Origin: Heterodontus francisci
Taxonomy: Eukaryota
NCBI RefSeq assembly: GCF_036365525.1
Contig: NC_090404.1
Span: forward strand, 44,463,544-44,527,543
Length of the DNA: 64,000 bases
Direction: 5' to 3'
Part shown: one piece after another, positions 50,691 to 63,739 of the stretch
How the letters are laid out: each line of letters starts with the position of its first letter
How positions within the stretch are numbered: position 1 is the first letter of the stretch
Notes under the pieces: model-generated
What the model was told of the DNA's origin: nothing
What the model saw: only the letters and a program-made list of their open reading frames with translations
The model's database searches: none
Program-made: the position numbers and the translations under genes

Positions 50691-53439
50691 CTTCAAGGAT
50701 CTCTCCTATCCACACACCAGCAACCGGTCATGTTTTTGAATGCACCACAACTACATCACTCACCCAGCAGCCCTTGCTGGAACTCAGGACATACGCCTAA
50801 CATTCAGACATTCACCTCACCCTCATACACCTACCAATACTTCCAGCTGCACACCTACCTCTCCCTGCTTCCACTTATCTCCAACCATTCTGCTATGGCA
50901 GGAACTTCACCCATATGCAGAATCACTGACATTCTGCTCCCCGCCCTGCAGAACAAGGGGCTGACAATAGAAAAGAGCAGTGCAGAACAGCCGGGGAACA
51001 AGGACACCTAGAGTACTACAGGGAGATGAATCTCTAAAATCGGAGTGTCTGCATCTCCAGAGTCCAAGCCATCCAGCGTCACTTGGAACATTGAGAATGA
51101 CGGTATGGTCACGCCTTATGCCCCTCCTCATCACCCAGCTCACCATCATTCTTCGATTTGACATGATATGCAAGCTGCAGATGTTATTACCATTGGTATT
51201 TTGCTTGCCAACCCGCTCCCCTACCTCCACCTCAACGTTCCCCTTTTGATTTCCTGCTTTCAGACACCTACGAATTAACGTCTGCCCGGGCACAGCGTTC
51301 CAAGGAGGAAGGGAAGGAGGAAAAAAGGGAGAGAGAGAGATAAAACAACACAACACTAATAAAATTATGAAGCGGTCCTGCCGTTTGATTCTAACACTGG
51401 TAACCAGCAGCTCAGATATTGGGATCAGCGTATTGTGAGCCACTGGTCATGAGTGGGCAGATGTCTGGCCATCGGTAGTGTACGGTTCATTTGAAAGCTT
51501 CCCGGCGGGCGAGATCACAGTCGAGTCAACTGCAAAGGAGCTTGATTGGCTGGCATACAGGAGAGAGCTTATTAGAGTGCATAAGGAGATGCTGGGTACA
51601 TTGGCTGGCTTGCGAGGCACCTTTCTGTTACTGTCAAGAAGCCTGGCTCCAAACTGATAGAGGCCATGGCGCAGAGCTTTTAATGGGACAGAAACAATAA
51701 ACACACAAAATATTTTTAAAATGCCGAATTGATTGAGAACATTAAATTCACTCTCCACTGTGCACTCCAGCCTAGTTTGGCTTTGACTATCCTGGTAGGC
51801 ACGATCGAATAATAATGCGTTATTGAGGATTCACAGCATAAATTTCTATCAATTATTTTACAAAATACATAGACAGGAGGCGAGGAAAATCCCAGTGGTG
51901 GAGAGTTTTAGAATGAGGGGCATTAAATTATTTGCAGTTGTGCTACAGAGGTCCAGCATTGCTTTGCCTGGTGTGCTGCTTCCTGTACGGTCCCCCTGGC
52001 ATTCCATTAGTAAAAGAGCATACATATGACTCTATAAGGCTGTCAATAGACGATGTCCCATCATGCAGCAGACCCTGTGGTACTGTCATTACTGTCCGCA
52101 TTCCTGTTGCAGCCTTTGTGCTGTCATGCTATCAAAACAGCTTCTCTATCTTTGAGGATGCAGCAGAAATCTCTGGCAAGTGTAGAAAATCATCACAAAA
52201 TTTCCAAAAATAATCCAGTGTGCATCCAAACAATTGGTAACCGAAGAAGTTCTCAAAAAAGTACTTTACCTGCAATTTGGGATCCTTGCTAGATTAGGAA
52301 CTATAGTGCAGTGTTCATTTGCATCTCTGCACCTGTTATTGTAGGGTCAGAGACTTATACATTACCTGGACCTGCCTGGTCCAGATGTGGAATACTGGGG
52401 CACATCAGCAGATTGGGTTGTGTGAGGTCAATAAAGCCTTGACTCACCAGTTTCCAGCACATGCAGGGTCGCCTCCTCAAGCCACCTTTTACTAATGGAA
52501 TGCCAGGTGGGCTGCACAGGAAGTAGCCGGTGGTGTATGGTGCTCCAGCAAAGCGACGCTAGACCTCTGCATCACTGCTGAAATTCATTTTGTTCTCCTG
52601 ATTCCTAAAGGTCTTCACCACTGGGAATATCTTCACCTCATGCCTGGGCCTATTGCAGACTAATTGATAGAGATCGATCGTTATGATTGGTCAACATCAC
52701 CATTATCATTGAATTATGCAACTGTCAGGACAGTAAACAGTGAACTGAACAGGAGTGCACAGTCGCTAATAAGATAATGTTCCCATTCAATTTGATATAT
52801 TTAAATAGTTTTTTTGTGTGTTTATTGTTTCTATCCCTTTAAAATTGGGCACACTTGTTAGCTGGATTTTATTTTGTTTTGTGGCACTGGCGATGTTGTC
52901 CGAATTGGCCAATTAGAGGAGGAGAAGGTAAACTACCTGGTGCTTTGTCTTTTTTTTTTCCATCCAGCAGTTACTCTGTTCCTCTGTTTATGGGATCAGG
53001 ATTGTGGCTGGGGAGGGATGGGCAGGCGGTGCCCAGTGTGTGGTGAACAACGCGTGGGAACAGTATTCTTATTTCAGAGCGTATCCTACTCTCAAGGTCC
53101 TAACCATCCTCAGGGGGCATATTGTGGTTCCTTCTGTAAACAGTTAAACTTGGCATCCAATTACAAATCAGGGGTCGGCATTTCGGTCTCCCACGTGAAT
53201 GTGGAGATCCTCCGGGGCCCTTGGAGCTAGTGGATCAGGCCTGAGTCAGCACGGGGAAGAGAACTGGAAACTAACTGAGAATATACCACAATACTGAAAT
53301 GTGCAGTGTTGCAGCGTTTCTTATACATCATTAAAGTCACACAGTAGATAAGTGTATCAGGAAGTGGAGGCCAGGTGATATAAGCAAGAAGAGCAATGAA
53401 TAGAATACAATGTGCAACTCATGCTGAATTTTATTATTT

Positions 53440-54350
53440 TCATTGTTTACATAATTTAGCAATTAGACGAATTGGATATTTCACTCCTTTCTTTAACTCG
53501 ACTCTGAATTTACTTTGAGTCCCTGCATAAATGAATGGGTTGATGCAAGAACTCAGAAACTGAAGCATATATCCGCTTTCCTCCAGAATATAATTTGATT
53601 CATTGAAATTGGAACCGGAAAAATAAGTAAGGCTCGCAATCTGGACATAGAGGAAAGATACAAATCGTAACAAATATAACAGGATGAAAGTACCCGAGAC
53701 ACAGAAGAGTAAAACTATGGAGTTTCTCCGTTTCTCCATCTCTGGGTCACTCTGTTTCCTTCCGTTGCTGTGGGCTCGGAGTCTCCTGCGAGTTCTACTG
53801 GCTGCCACAATGTCCCTGACAGTCAGAGCATTGAGCAGTAAAATCAGAATGAATGGGAGACAAGGGTTTAAAATCTGATGAATCCATTCATATGCAATCC
53901 AGGCAGTTGATGTATAAAATACTGATTTCATGCTGCAGAGCCAGGGTATATTGTTAATTATATACAAAGGTTCACATATAAAAAACACAAACGTATTATA
54001 CAAACAGCTCAGTGTGCAGACCGTTGCTATAACCCGTGCCGCTGTTTTATTGGAGCAATATTTTATTTTCAGCTTTTTGCAACAGATAGCTATAAATCGA
54101 TCAAATGTGAAAACGACTGTTAACCAGACAGAAATATCTATGGCTGCAAAGTTCAGGGCAACTCGGAGACCACATACTGGTGTGATGTTCAGGAAACTGA
54201 ATGGGAAATAATAAATAGCAATCCTGTTTAATATCACAGCAGTGAAAATTACCAAGAGATCCATCACTGCCATAGACACCAGGTAGTAAGTGATACATCT
54301 GGAAAGACCACATCTTCCTTGGGGCAGGATCACAATAACTGCCAAGTTAG
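53440..54350 (-). CDS. GPR139-like GPCR gene C, coding exon 2; full protein 326 aa
   Basis: ttacag|CTAACTTG acceptor; MAVMD, TFDRF, NPFIY; open frame. Confidence 0.92.
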
Positions 54351-54403
54351 CTGTAAAAAAAAGACAGACAGAAGAGACTGAGAAAGAAAAGGGAAAGAGG
54401 GAG

Positions 54404-54876
54404 ACCTGTGTAAATAATTAACAATATACCTGGTTCTGCCACAGAAAATCAATATTTTATGTATCAGTTGCATGGGACGCAGATTAATGGACTCATTGGA
54501 TTTTAACCCCTTGTCTCCCTTTCATTCCGATTTTACTGCTCGATGCTCTGACCTTCAGACACATTCTAGCGGCCAGTATAGCTCACAGGAGACTCCGAGC
54601 CCAGAGATGGAGAAGCGGAGAAACTCCATCGTTTTACTCTTCTGTGCCTCGGGTACTTGCATCCTGTTATATTTGTTACAATTTAGATCTTTCGGAATTG
54701 CGAACTTTACTTATTTCTCCAGTTCCAACTTCAATGAATCAAATTTTATTCTGGAGGAAAGCGCATATATGCTTTAGCTTTTTGAGTTCTTGACTCCACC
54801 CGTTCATTTATGTCGGGAGCCAAAGTAAATTCAGAGTCGAGTTAAAGAAAGGAGTGAAATATCCAATGAGTCTAAT
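54404..54876 (+). pseudogene. Inverted decayed copy of the 3' half of GPCR exon 2, inside the gene C intron
   Basis: Reads PEMEKRRNSIVLLFC, NFNESNFILEES, KFRVELKKGVKYP; deletions and stops; partner region 53462-53971. Confidence 0.9.
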
Positions 54877-55106
54877 GTGTGAGAGACAGAGCGAGTACAG
54901 GACAGTTGCTGGTCCACTTCCAACAAAATGATCCGTTTTACAGAATTCTGTGCGAAATGTACAACTGTGAAGCGTGATCTTTGGTTAGAAGCGATCCATT
55001 CTGCTCTGTTTCTGTTTCTAAAGTAATCCTCTGAATGAAAAATAAATCAGGCCAATGACATCAAAATGTAAAATAAAATTAATAAACACAATTGACATCA
55101 GCGAAG

Positions 55107-56538
55107 CATCAGAAACCCATTAAAATCAACGTGAGAGCATCAAAAAGAAAAACAAAGTATATAACAGTAACTTATTATGGAAGATATTTAAAGGGGTGAA
55201 TAATGCAACAAAATACATTCGGTGTGGAAACAAGCAAGTTTCTTCTTTTCTTCTTTCTTTTGGGCCTCCTTATCTCGAGAGACAATGGATACGCGCCTGG
55301 AGGTGGTCAGTGGTTTGTGAAGCAGCGCCTGGAGTGGCTATAAAGGCCAATTCTGGAGTGACAGGCTCTTCCACAGGTGCTGCAGAGAAATTTGTTTGTT
55401 GGGGCTGTTGCACAGTTGGCTCTCCCCTTGCGCCTCTGTCTTTTTTCCTGCCAACTACTAAGTCTCTTCGACTCGCCACAATTTAGCCCTGTCTTTATGG
55501 CTGCCCGCCAGCTCTGGCGAATGCTGGCAACTGACTCCCACGACTTGTGATCAATGTCACACGATTTCATGTCGCGTTTGCAGACGTCTTTATAACGGAG
55601 ACATGGACGGCCGGTGGGTCTGATACCAGTGGCGAGCTCGCTGTACAATGTGTCTTTGGGGATCCTGCCATCTTCCATGCGGCTCACATGGCCAAGCCAT
55701 CTCAAGCGCCGCTGACTCAGTAGTGTGTATAAGCTGGGGATGTTGGCCGCTTCAAGGACTTCTGTGTTGGAGATATAGTCCTGCCACCTGATGCCAAGTA
55801 TTCTCCGAAGGCAGCGAAGATGGAATGAATTGAGACGTCGCTCTTGGCTGGCATACGTTGTCCAGGCCTCGCTGCCGTAGAGCAAGGTACTGAGGACACA
55901 GGCCTGATACACTCGGACTTTTGTGTTCCGTGTCAGTGCGCCATTTTCCCACACTCTCTTGGCCAGTCTGAACATAGCAGTGGAAGCCTTACCCATGCGC
56001 TTGTTGATTTCTGCATCTAGAGACAGGTTACTGGTGATAGTTGAGCCTAGGTAGGTGAACTCTTGAACCACTTCCAGAGCGTGGTCGCCAATATTGATGG
56101 ATGGAGCATTTCTGACATCCTGCCCCATGATGTTCGTTTTCTTGAGGCTGATGGTTAGGCCAAATTCATTGCAGGCAGACGCAAACCTGTCGATGAGACT
56201 CTGCAGGCATTCTTCAGTGTGAGATGTTAAAGCAGCATCGTCAGCAAAGAGGAGTTCTCTGATGAGGACTTTCCGTACTTTGGACTTCGCTCTTAGACGG
56301 GCAAGGTTGAACAACCTGCCCCCTGATCTTGTGTGGAGGAAAATTCCTTCTTCAGAGGATTTGAACGCATGTGAAAGCAGCAGGGAGAAGAAAATCCCAA
56401 AATCCCATCAGAAACCCATTAAAATCAACGTGAGAGCATCAAAAAGAAAAACAAAGTATATAACAGTAACTTATTATGGAAGATATTTAAAGGGGTGAAT
56501 AATGCAACAAAATACATTCGGTGTGGAAACAAGCAAGT
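55107..56538. repeat. 133-bp identical direct repeats (55107-55239 and 56406-56538) flanking the RTE
   Basis: catcagaaacccatt...gaaacaagcaagt identical by eye. Confidence 0.93.
55240..56405 (-). mobile_element. Young RTE-clade (BovB-like) LINE, 5'-truncated
   Basis: Open 335-aa ORF: LLFADDAAL, FTYLGS, LLYGSEAW, RLRWLGH, C2H2 finger CSTC..H...C; AAG-rich tail. Confidence 0.93.
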
Positions 56539-56599
56539 AGGTAGGAAAAAACCTTGCATTTAAAATGGAATATCTTTGTGGGAATTGCTTTGCCACTGT

Positions 56600-57760
56600 C
56601 AAGATCAGGTGAGGTGAGCGTGACTGCCGTTGACATCAAGGCAATATTTGATCGACTATGGCATCAAGGAGCCTTGGCAAAACTGTAGTCAATGGGATTT
56701 AAGGAAAGCTCTCACTGGTTGAAATCATGCCTAGTACAAAGGAAGATGGGTGTGGTTGTTGGAGGTCAGTCATCTCAGGTCCAGGACGTCACTGCAGGAG
56801 TTTATGAGGGTAGTGTCCTAGGCTCAACCATCATCAGCTGCTTCATCAATGACCTCCCTTCAATCATAAGGTCAGAAGTGGGGATGTTCGCTGATGATTG
56901 CACAATGTTCAGCATCATTCGTGACTCCTCAGATACTGAGGCAGTCCGAGTCGAAATAAAGAAAGACCTGCCGAATATGCAGGCTTGGGCTGATAAGTGA
57001 CAAGTAACATTTGTGCCACACAAGTGCCAGGCAATGACTATCTCCAACAAGAGAAAATCTATCCATTTCCCCTTGACATTTAATGACATTACCATCGCTG
57101 AATCCCCCACTATCAACATCCTAGGGAATACCATTGACCAGAAACTGAACTAGAGCGGCAACAAGAGCAGGTTAGAGGCTAGGAATCCTGCGGCAAGTAA
57201 CTCACCTCCTGACTCCCCAAAGCCTGTCCACAATCTGCAAGGCACAAGTCAGGAGTGTGATGGAATACTCTCCACTTGCCTGGATGGGTGCAGCTCCAAC
57301 AAAACTCAAGAAGCTCGACACCATCCAGGACAGAGCAGCCTGCTTGATTGGCACTCCATCCACAACTATTCACTCCCTCCATCACAGACGCAGTGGCAGC
57401 AGTGTATACCATCTACAAGATGCACTGCAGCAACGCTCCAAGGCTCCTTAAATAGCACCTTACAAACCCACGACCTCTAACACTTAGAAAGACAAGGGCA
57501 GCAAATGCATGGGAACACCATCACCTGCAAGATCCCCTCCAAGCCATGACTTGGAACCATATCGCCGTTCCTTCACTGTCGCTGTGTCAAAATGCTGGAA
57601 CTCCCTTCCTAACAGCATTATGGGTGTACCTGCCCCACATGGACTGCAGCGGTTCAAGAAGGCAGCTCACCACCTGCTTCTCGAGGGCAATTAGGGATGG
57701 GTAATAAATGCTGGCCTTGCGAGCAAAGCCCACATCCCATGAATGAATTTAACTAAAAAC
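56600..57760 (+). mobile_element. RTE-X-like LINE 3' fragment in gene C intron
   Basis: FADD, MEYSPLAW, tail 'cccatgaatgaat'. Confidence 0.85.
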
Positions 57761-57769
57761 ACAAAAGAA

Positions 57770-58560
57770 CCACATTTATATCGTGATAACAGTGTGACAA
57801 TTCACCCACAGTAACAGTGTCAATAGCACAATAAGGCAACATTTACAGCGTGATAACAGTATGTTAATTCACCCACAGTAACAGTGTCAATAACACATTA
57901 GAGACATTTACACCATAACAGTGTGATAGTTCACGCACAGTAAATGTCAATAACACATAATAAGTGCATTCACACAGTGAGAACAGTGTGATAATTCGCT
58001 CACAGTAATAGCGTGAATAACCATAGAACCATAACAAAATGACGCCCAGAAAGAGGCAATTCAGCCAATCGTATGTGTGCCGCCCAAAAAGTACTAGCAG
58101 CCCAATATATTCCCACCTTCCTGCACCTGGTCTGTAGCCTTGCAGGTTGCAGCACTTCAGGTGCATATCCAGGTGCGTTTTAAATAAACTGAGGATTTCT
58201 GCCTCCAGCACCGTCTGAGTGAAAAGGTTTTTCGTCATGTCCCCTCTAATCATTCCACCAATCATCTTAAATTTGTGCCCCATAGCAATTGACCTCAATA
58301 GAACTACATTTACAGTGTGATAATTCACTCAGGGTAAGTGTCAATCACAAAATAGAACTAAATTTACACCGCTAACAGTGTGCAGTAATTCACCAACAGT
58401 ACCAGTGTCAATAACACAATAAAACGACTTTGAATTGTGGTGAGTGCGGCAATTGACCTCCCGCAATATTGTCAGTAACACAATAGAACGACATTTACAC
58501 TGTGATAATTACCCCAAAGTAACAGTCTCAACACCACATGCAACTACATTTAAATTGTGA
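57770..58560 (-). repeat. ~67-bp intronic repeat of gene C, interrupted by a CR1 tail (~58020-58295)
   Basis: Reverse complement of the 4690-5235 units. Confidence 0.8.
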
Positions 58561-59040
58561 GATGGTCGTGGCAAATAGATGAAATTATATGATATCATTA
58601 CATGATGTAATTAGGGGGAATGATATCGTACCAATGAAGAGTAGCTCGAGACCATTATATGGATAAATTATACCTGTAATGTGAAGAGGCTACGCTGCTA
58701 ACGGGCAGAAATACTAGTGCTAAATAGGTGAAAAAGCAGCATAAATGATCGGAATTTATTTCGGTAAAGGGAAGAAACTATATCGTAAAATAGAAAACTA
58801 AATAAAGAATGACAAAATACTGTAACATGGGAAGAAATTATACCAGTTTAAAGGGAGAAATTATACAGTTAAAGTGAAGAAATCGCATTACATGGTAGAC
58901 ACTATCGCGTCAAAGTGGAGAAATCATGCCATTAAATGAGAGAGGATAGAGGCATAGCGGAGAAACACTATGGGTAAATGGGAGCAGTGACATGGCTAAA
59001 CAATGATTCCCATAATTAATAACTAACTACAATACTTTAC

Positions 59041-59110
59041 CTGGAACCCCGATAACTGCAATGATTGGATAGTAAATGACAAACACCAGACCTGTTGGTA
59101 ATACGTGCAT
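59041..59110 (-). CDS. GPR139-like GPCR gene C, coding exon 1 (MHVLPTGLVFVIYYPIIAVIGVP)
   Basis: ATG at 59110; 70 nt; CCAG|gtaaag donor; paralog of 4166-4235. Confidence 0.9.
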
Positions 59111-59154
59111 TTCTACGAGAAGCTCTGAGCATGTTCTACACTACTTGAAAAATT

Positions 59155-59196
59155 GTCATTTTAATACCCAATGTCAGGCTCCAGGGAGATAATTGG
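59155..59196 (-). promoter_or_regulatory. Gene C putative proximal promoter: CAATTA + TCCCTGGAG + TATTAAAA
   Basis: Minus-strand CAATTATCTCCCTGGAG at 59195-59179, ~69 nt before the ATG. Confidence 0.6.
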
Positions 59197-59559
59197 ATGG
59201 TTTTCTCTTTAACATTAATTACATTAATTGAAGCCGATGCCAGGCTCTCTTGTTTATGTTTTCAAGGAATGGAATGTTTTTCAAGGGATCTGACAAGGCT
59301 CTAATGTGAAATACCCCAAGTGTGCAGACTGATCCCAGTTACATTTCTTTATAAAATATAATGAAAAGCTAAATAGGAGGCTGCAATGATGAAAGTGAAT
59401 GCTTTACGCGAGGAATTACCAGGTTTAAACCCCTCAATGTTGAGTTGAGTGGTCTCAGCATAAGGTATAACTGACCAGAAATATTCTGGTCCTAAATGAA
59501 AACGTACCCAAGTTCTGGCCCCTAATCATTGTTCAATTCATGTGACCACGGGTTACCTC

Positions 59560-60415
59560 TACGTCTGCACACTGACTTTAACACAACTATCTCTGCATTC
59601 AGTGTGGACAGGTCCAGTTACGTCCCGTTGCATTCATTGTGCACAGGTCCAGTACCTTGCAATTATTTTCATTGCGGACTTGTCCAGGTCAGTGCCGTTA
59701 TATTCAATGTGGGCAGGTCCAGTTCATCTTACATAGGTCCAGTTAAGCACAGTTACATTCGAGCTGAACATGCCCAATGCTGCTCCCTTGCATTCAGTGT
59801 GACCAAGTCCTGTTCAGCATGTTTAAATTCAGTGTGAACTGGTCCAGTTCAGCATATTACATTCTGTGTGTACAGGTTCAGGTGCTGTATTCACCATGGA
59901 CTGGTTCATTGCAGCAAGATTACATGCAGTCGGGGCAGTTCCACTTCAGCAATAAAATTCAGTGTGGACAGATCCAATTCAGCACAGTCATATCCAATAC
60001 AGACACATTCAGATCCAGGTCAGGGAAAAGTCCAGTTTAGCACCATCAATTTCAGTGTGAATAGATCTGTTTCAGCAAAATTAAAGCCAGTCTGTACATG
60101 TCCAGGTCAGTGCTGTTATAGTTCTGGTGGACAGGACCTGTGCAGTAAATTTACATTCAATGTTGACAGGTCCAATTCAGTTCAGTGGGGTAATATTCAG
60201 TGTGCACTGGTTACATTGATTATTGACAAATCCGGCTCAAAGTTGTTGCATTTAGCGTAAAAACGTTCAATTCAATATTTCGCTTGCACAGGTCAAACTC
60301 TACATGCTTATGTTCTGAGTTAACAAGATCAGTACAGCACGGTTCCATTCACTGTATGCAGGTCCAGCTCTACATGGCTAGTTTCAAAGTGAACTGGTCC
60401 ACGGCAACTAGGTTA
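59560..60415 (-). repeat. Degenerate 35-bp tandem array upstream of gene C
   Basis: Units 'cagtgtggacaggtccagttcagcacagttacatt' on the + strand. Confidence 0.85.
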
Positions 60416-60419
60416 TGAC

Positions 60420-62005
60420 ATTTTTGTTGCATTCGTTCATGGGATGTGGGCGCCGCTGGCTAGAATATCATGTATTGCTCATACCTAATTGCCCTTGAGA
60501 AGGTGGTGGTGAGCTGCCTTCTTGAACGCTGCAGTCCATGTGGGGTAGCTACACCCACAGTGCTGATAGGAAGGGTTTTGATCCAGCGCCAATGAAGAGA
60601 CAGCGATATAGTTCCAAGTCAGGATGGTTTATGGCTTGGAGGGGATCTTGCAGGCGTTGGTGTTCCCATGTGTCTGCTGCCCTTGTCCTTCTAGGTGGTA
60701 AAAGTCATGGGTTTGGAAGGTGCTATCTAAGGAGTCTTGGTGTGTTGCTGCAGTGCATTATGCAGATGTACACACTGGTGCATCGGTGTTGGAGGGAGTG
60801 AATGCTTGTAGATGGGGTGCCAATCAAGCGGGCTGCTTTGTCCTGGATGGTGTCGAGCTTCTTGAGTGTTGTTGGAGCCACACTCATCCAGGCAAGTGGC
60901 GAGTATTTCAGCACACTCCTGTCTTGTGCTTTGTAGATGGTGGACAGGCTTTGGGGAGGCAGGAGATGCGTTACTCGCCGCAGGATTCCTAGCCTCTGAC
61001 CTGCCCTTGTAGCCACGGTATTTATATCGCTGCTCCAGTTCAGTTTCTGGTCAATGGTAACCCCCAGGATGTTGATAGCGCGGGATTCACTGATCGTACT
61101 GGCATTGAATGTCAAGGGGAAATGGTTCGAATTTCTCTTGTTTGAGATAGTCATTGCCTGGCACTTGTGTGGCACGAATGTTACCTGCCACATATCAGTC
61201 CAAGCCTGGATATTGTGCAGGTCTTGCTCCATTTCTACACGGACTGCTTCAGTATCTGAGAAGTTGGAAATGCTGCTGAACATTGTGCTATTATCAGCCA
61301 ACATCCCTATTTCTGACATTTTGATTGAAGGAAGGTCATTGATGAAGAAGCTGAAGATGGTTGGGCCTAGGATACTACACTGAGGAACTCCTGTGAATTC
61401 CTGGAGCTTAGATGATTGACCTCCAATAACTACAATCATCTTCGTTTGTGCGAGGTACGACTCCAACCAGTGGAGAGTTATCCTCCTGGTGCCCATTGAC
61501 TCCAGTTTTGATAGGGCTCCTTGATTCCATATTCAGTCGAATGCTGCGTTGATGTCAAGGAAAGTCACTCTGATCTCACCTCTTGAGCTCAGATGTTTTC
61601 TCCATGCTTTAACCAAGGCTGTAATAAGGTCAGGAGCTGAGTGGCCCTGGCAGAACCCAAATTAAGCATCACTGAATAAGTTATTGCGAAGTAATTGCCT
61701 CTGATAACAATGTCAACGACACCTTCCATCACTTTACTGATGATTGAGAGTAGATTGATGGGACGGTAATTGTCTGAGTTGGATTTCTCCTGCCTTTTGT
61801 GTACAGGGCACACCTAGGCAATTTTCTACATTGCTGGGCAGATGCCAGTATTGTAGCTGCACTGGAACAGCTTGGCTAGGGGAATGGCATGTTCTGGAGC
61901 ACAAGTCTTCAGGACGATTGCTGGAATGTGTTCAGGGTCCATAGCTTTTGTAGTATCCAGTGCCTTTAGTCGCTACTTAATTGCACATGGAGTGAATCGA
62001 ATTCG
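60420..62005 (-). mobile_element. RTE-X-like LINE 3' half
   Basis: ORFs 60723..61496 and 61589..61813 with RT motifs. Confidence 0.85.
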
Positions 62006-63282
62006 CCACCCTCGTCTTCTCCTCAATCAACCCAATACCACATCACTTCCCCATGGCACCTTCCCAAGCAAGTGGAGGAAATAAAACACCTGCCTCTTTA
62101 CCTCCACCCTTCACACCATCCAAGATCCTAAACACTCCTCCCCCGTGGTAGAGGTCATGGGTTTGGAAGATGCTATCGAAGGAGCCTTGGTGAGTTACTG
62201 CAGTGCATCTTGTAGATGGTGAAGGCAGTGAACGTTGACGGTGGTGGATTGGGAGCAGCAATCAAGTGGGCTGCTTGATGGAGGTTATTTATCCCATTGA
62301 CCCTTGCCAGCTCATTGAAAGAGTGATCCAATTAATCCCACTCCACTGCTTTTTCCCCAGTGCGCTGTAATATCTATAGCCTTTACTCTCCCCTTTTGAA
62401 AGCTACTACTGAATCTTATTTCAGTGCCCTTTTCAGTGGTACATTCTTGATTGTAACGACTCACCAAGTAAAGAAAATTATCTGAACCGCATCTCTCCCA
62501 TTCTGACTTTGATTTTAATCAATTATCTTTAAAATGTGTCATCTGGTTATCGACTCTCTTGTCAGTGGAAACAGTTCCTATCTATTTGCTGTATTGATCC
62601 ACTCTACTTCCTATCATTTTGAACACGGCTATTAAATATCCGCTTCCCCTTCAGTACTTGAAAGAAAACAAACCCGCCTCTTTACTCTTACCACTAACTG
62701 AATTTCCTCATCCCTCGACATGATACAAGACAGAAGATTGTGAAAACGTTTTGGAAAATATTGCCAGTTGGCAACGGGAAAATAGAAATAAATCAAAAAG
62801 CGAACACCAAGACACCAACTTTGTGAAATTTTATATTCGTTTTGTGAAATGGAATCAGAGCAGAATAAAGATTAAACCGCCCACCTGACCACAGCCAGTC
62901 AATGGACATTTTCCTTCTTTACAACGCTGGAACATTTACTCATATCTTATCACTGATCTGAGCCATTGAAATGATTCTCGTTACTGCACATTAGGAATTC
63001 AAACCTAATATTGGAAATGGGGCAATCAAATACTTGGCAACGGACAAGGCACCAACAGGTTCAAAGGGAGATGGCACCAGTTGTAGAGGAGCTGGTTTGC
63101 ACCGACGTGGATGTGTCTGCAGTGGGCGGGAACAGCTGGTTTCAATGCTTTCACAATGAATGCCCCATGCATTATTATGGAAAAGTAATACTTATAAAGG
63201 ACAATTGCCATTCTAGTCGTTTTAGGATGCTTTATCTGTCTGACACACTGGTTTAAGTGTCTTGCATCACTTCTGTGCTGCA

Positions 63283-63355
63283 GTTTCTGTGGTGCAGTTG
63301 GTTGGAAAGCTCGCCTGTTAACTGAATACGGGTGATTCGAGGCCACTCAGAGACA
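63283..63355 (+). pseudogene. tRNA-Asn(GTT) pseudogene
   Basis: GTTTCTGTGGTGCAGTTGGTT...CTGTTAA...GATTCGAGGCCACTCAGAGACA; acceptor stem pairs, D stem broken; T-run downstream. Confidence 0.8.
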
Positions 63356-63739
63356 AAGTCAGTCTCTTTTCTTCCTTCAGCATTCTTTACTGCACAGCTG
63401 CAGGTTGTCAATGTGTGCTTTAGCAGCAAGAAAATATCCACCAGACATTGCCAGCTGTGCTGTTATCCCGTAGCTTCTTTTATGAGTAGTCATTTCAAAT
63501 AAAATAATGAAAAAGTTAGATGGATCATTTGCCACCATCCAAATCATTAGAAATGTATTAAGTTGCTCGTCTCCAAGAAACTAATGGAAATTAATTCTCG
63601 ATATGCATTCATAGAATTGGAACACACCATCCCGCAATGTGATGCCACATTTAATTTGTGGCTGTTGTACAGCTGGAATTAGGCAAAAAAAAGAACACGT
63701 TGGACGAAATTAATTATGTTTTACCTGCATCATTTAACT

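Noticed and set aside
50054-51758. 100-180-aa ORFs in this interval as novel genes
   Set aside because: They overlap on both strands within decayed transposon sequence and show no motifs or splice structure.
52255-52330. 'tactttacctg' as gene B's exon 1 donor
   Set aside because: It matches the donor motif only; adjacent codons do not resemble YYP..A.IGVP.
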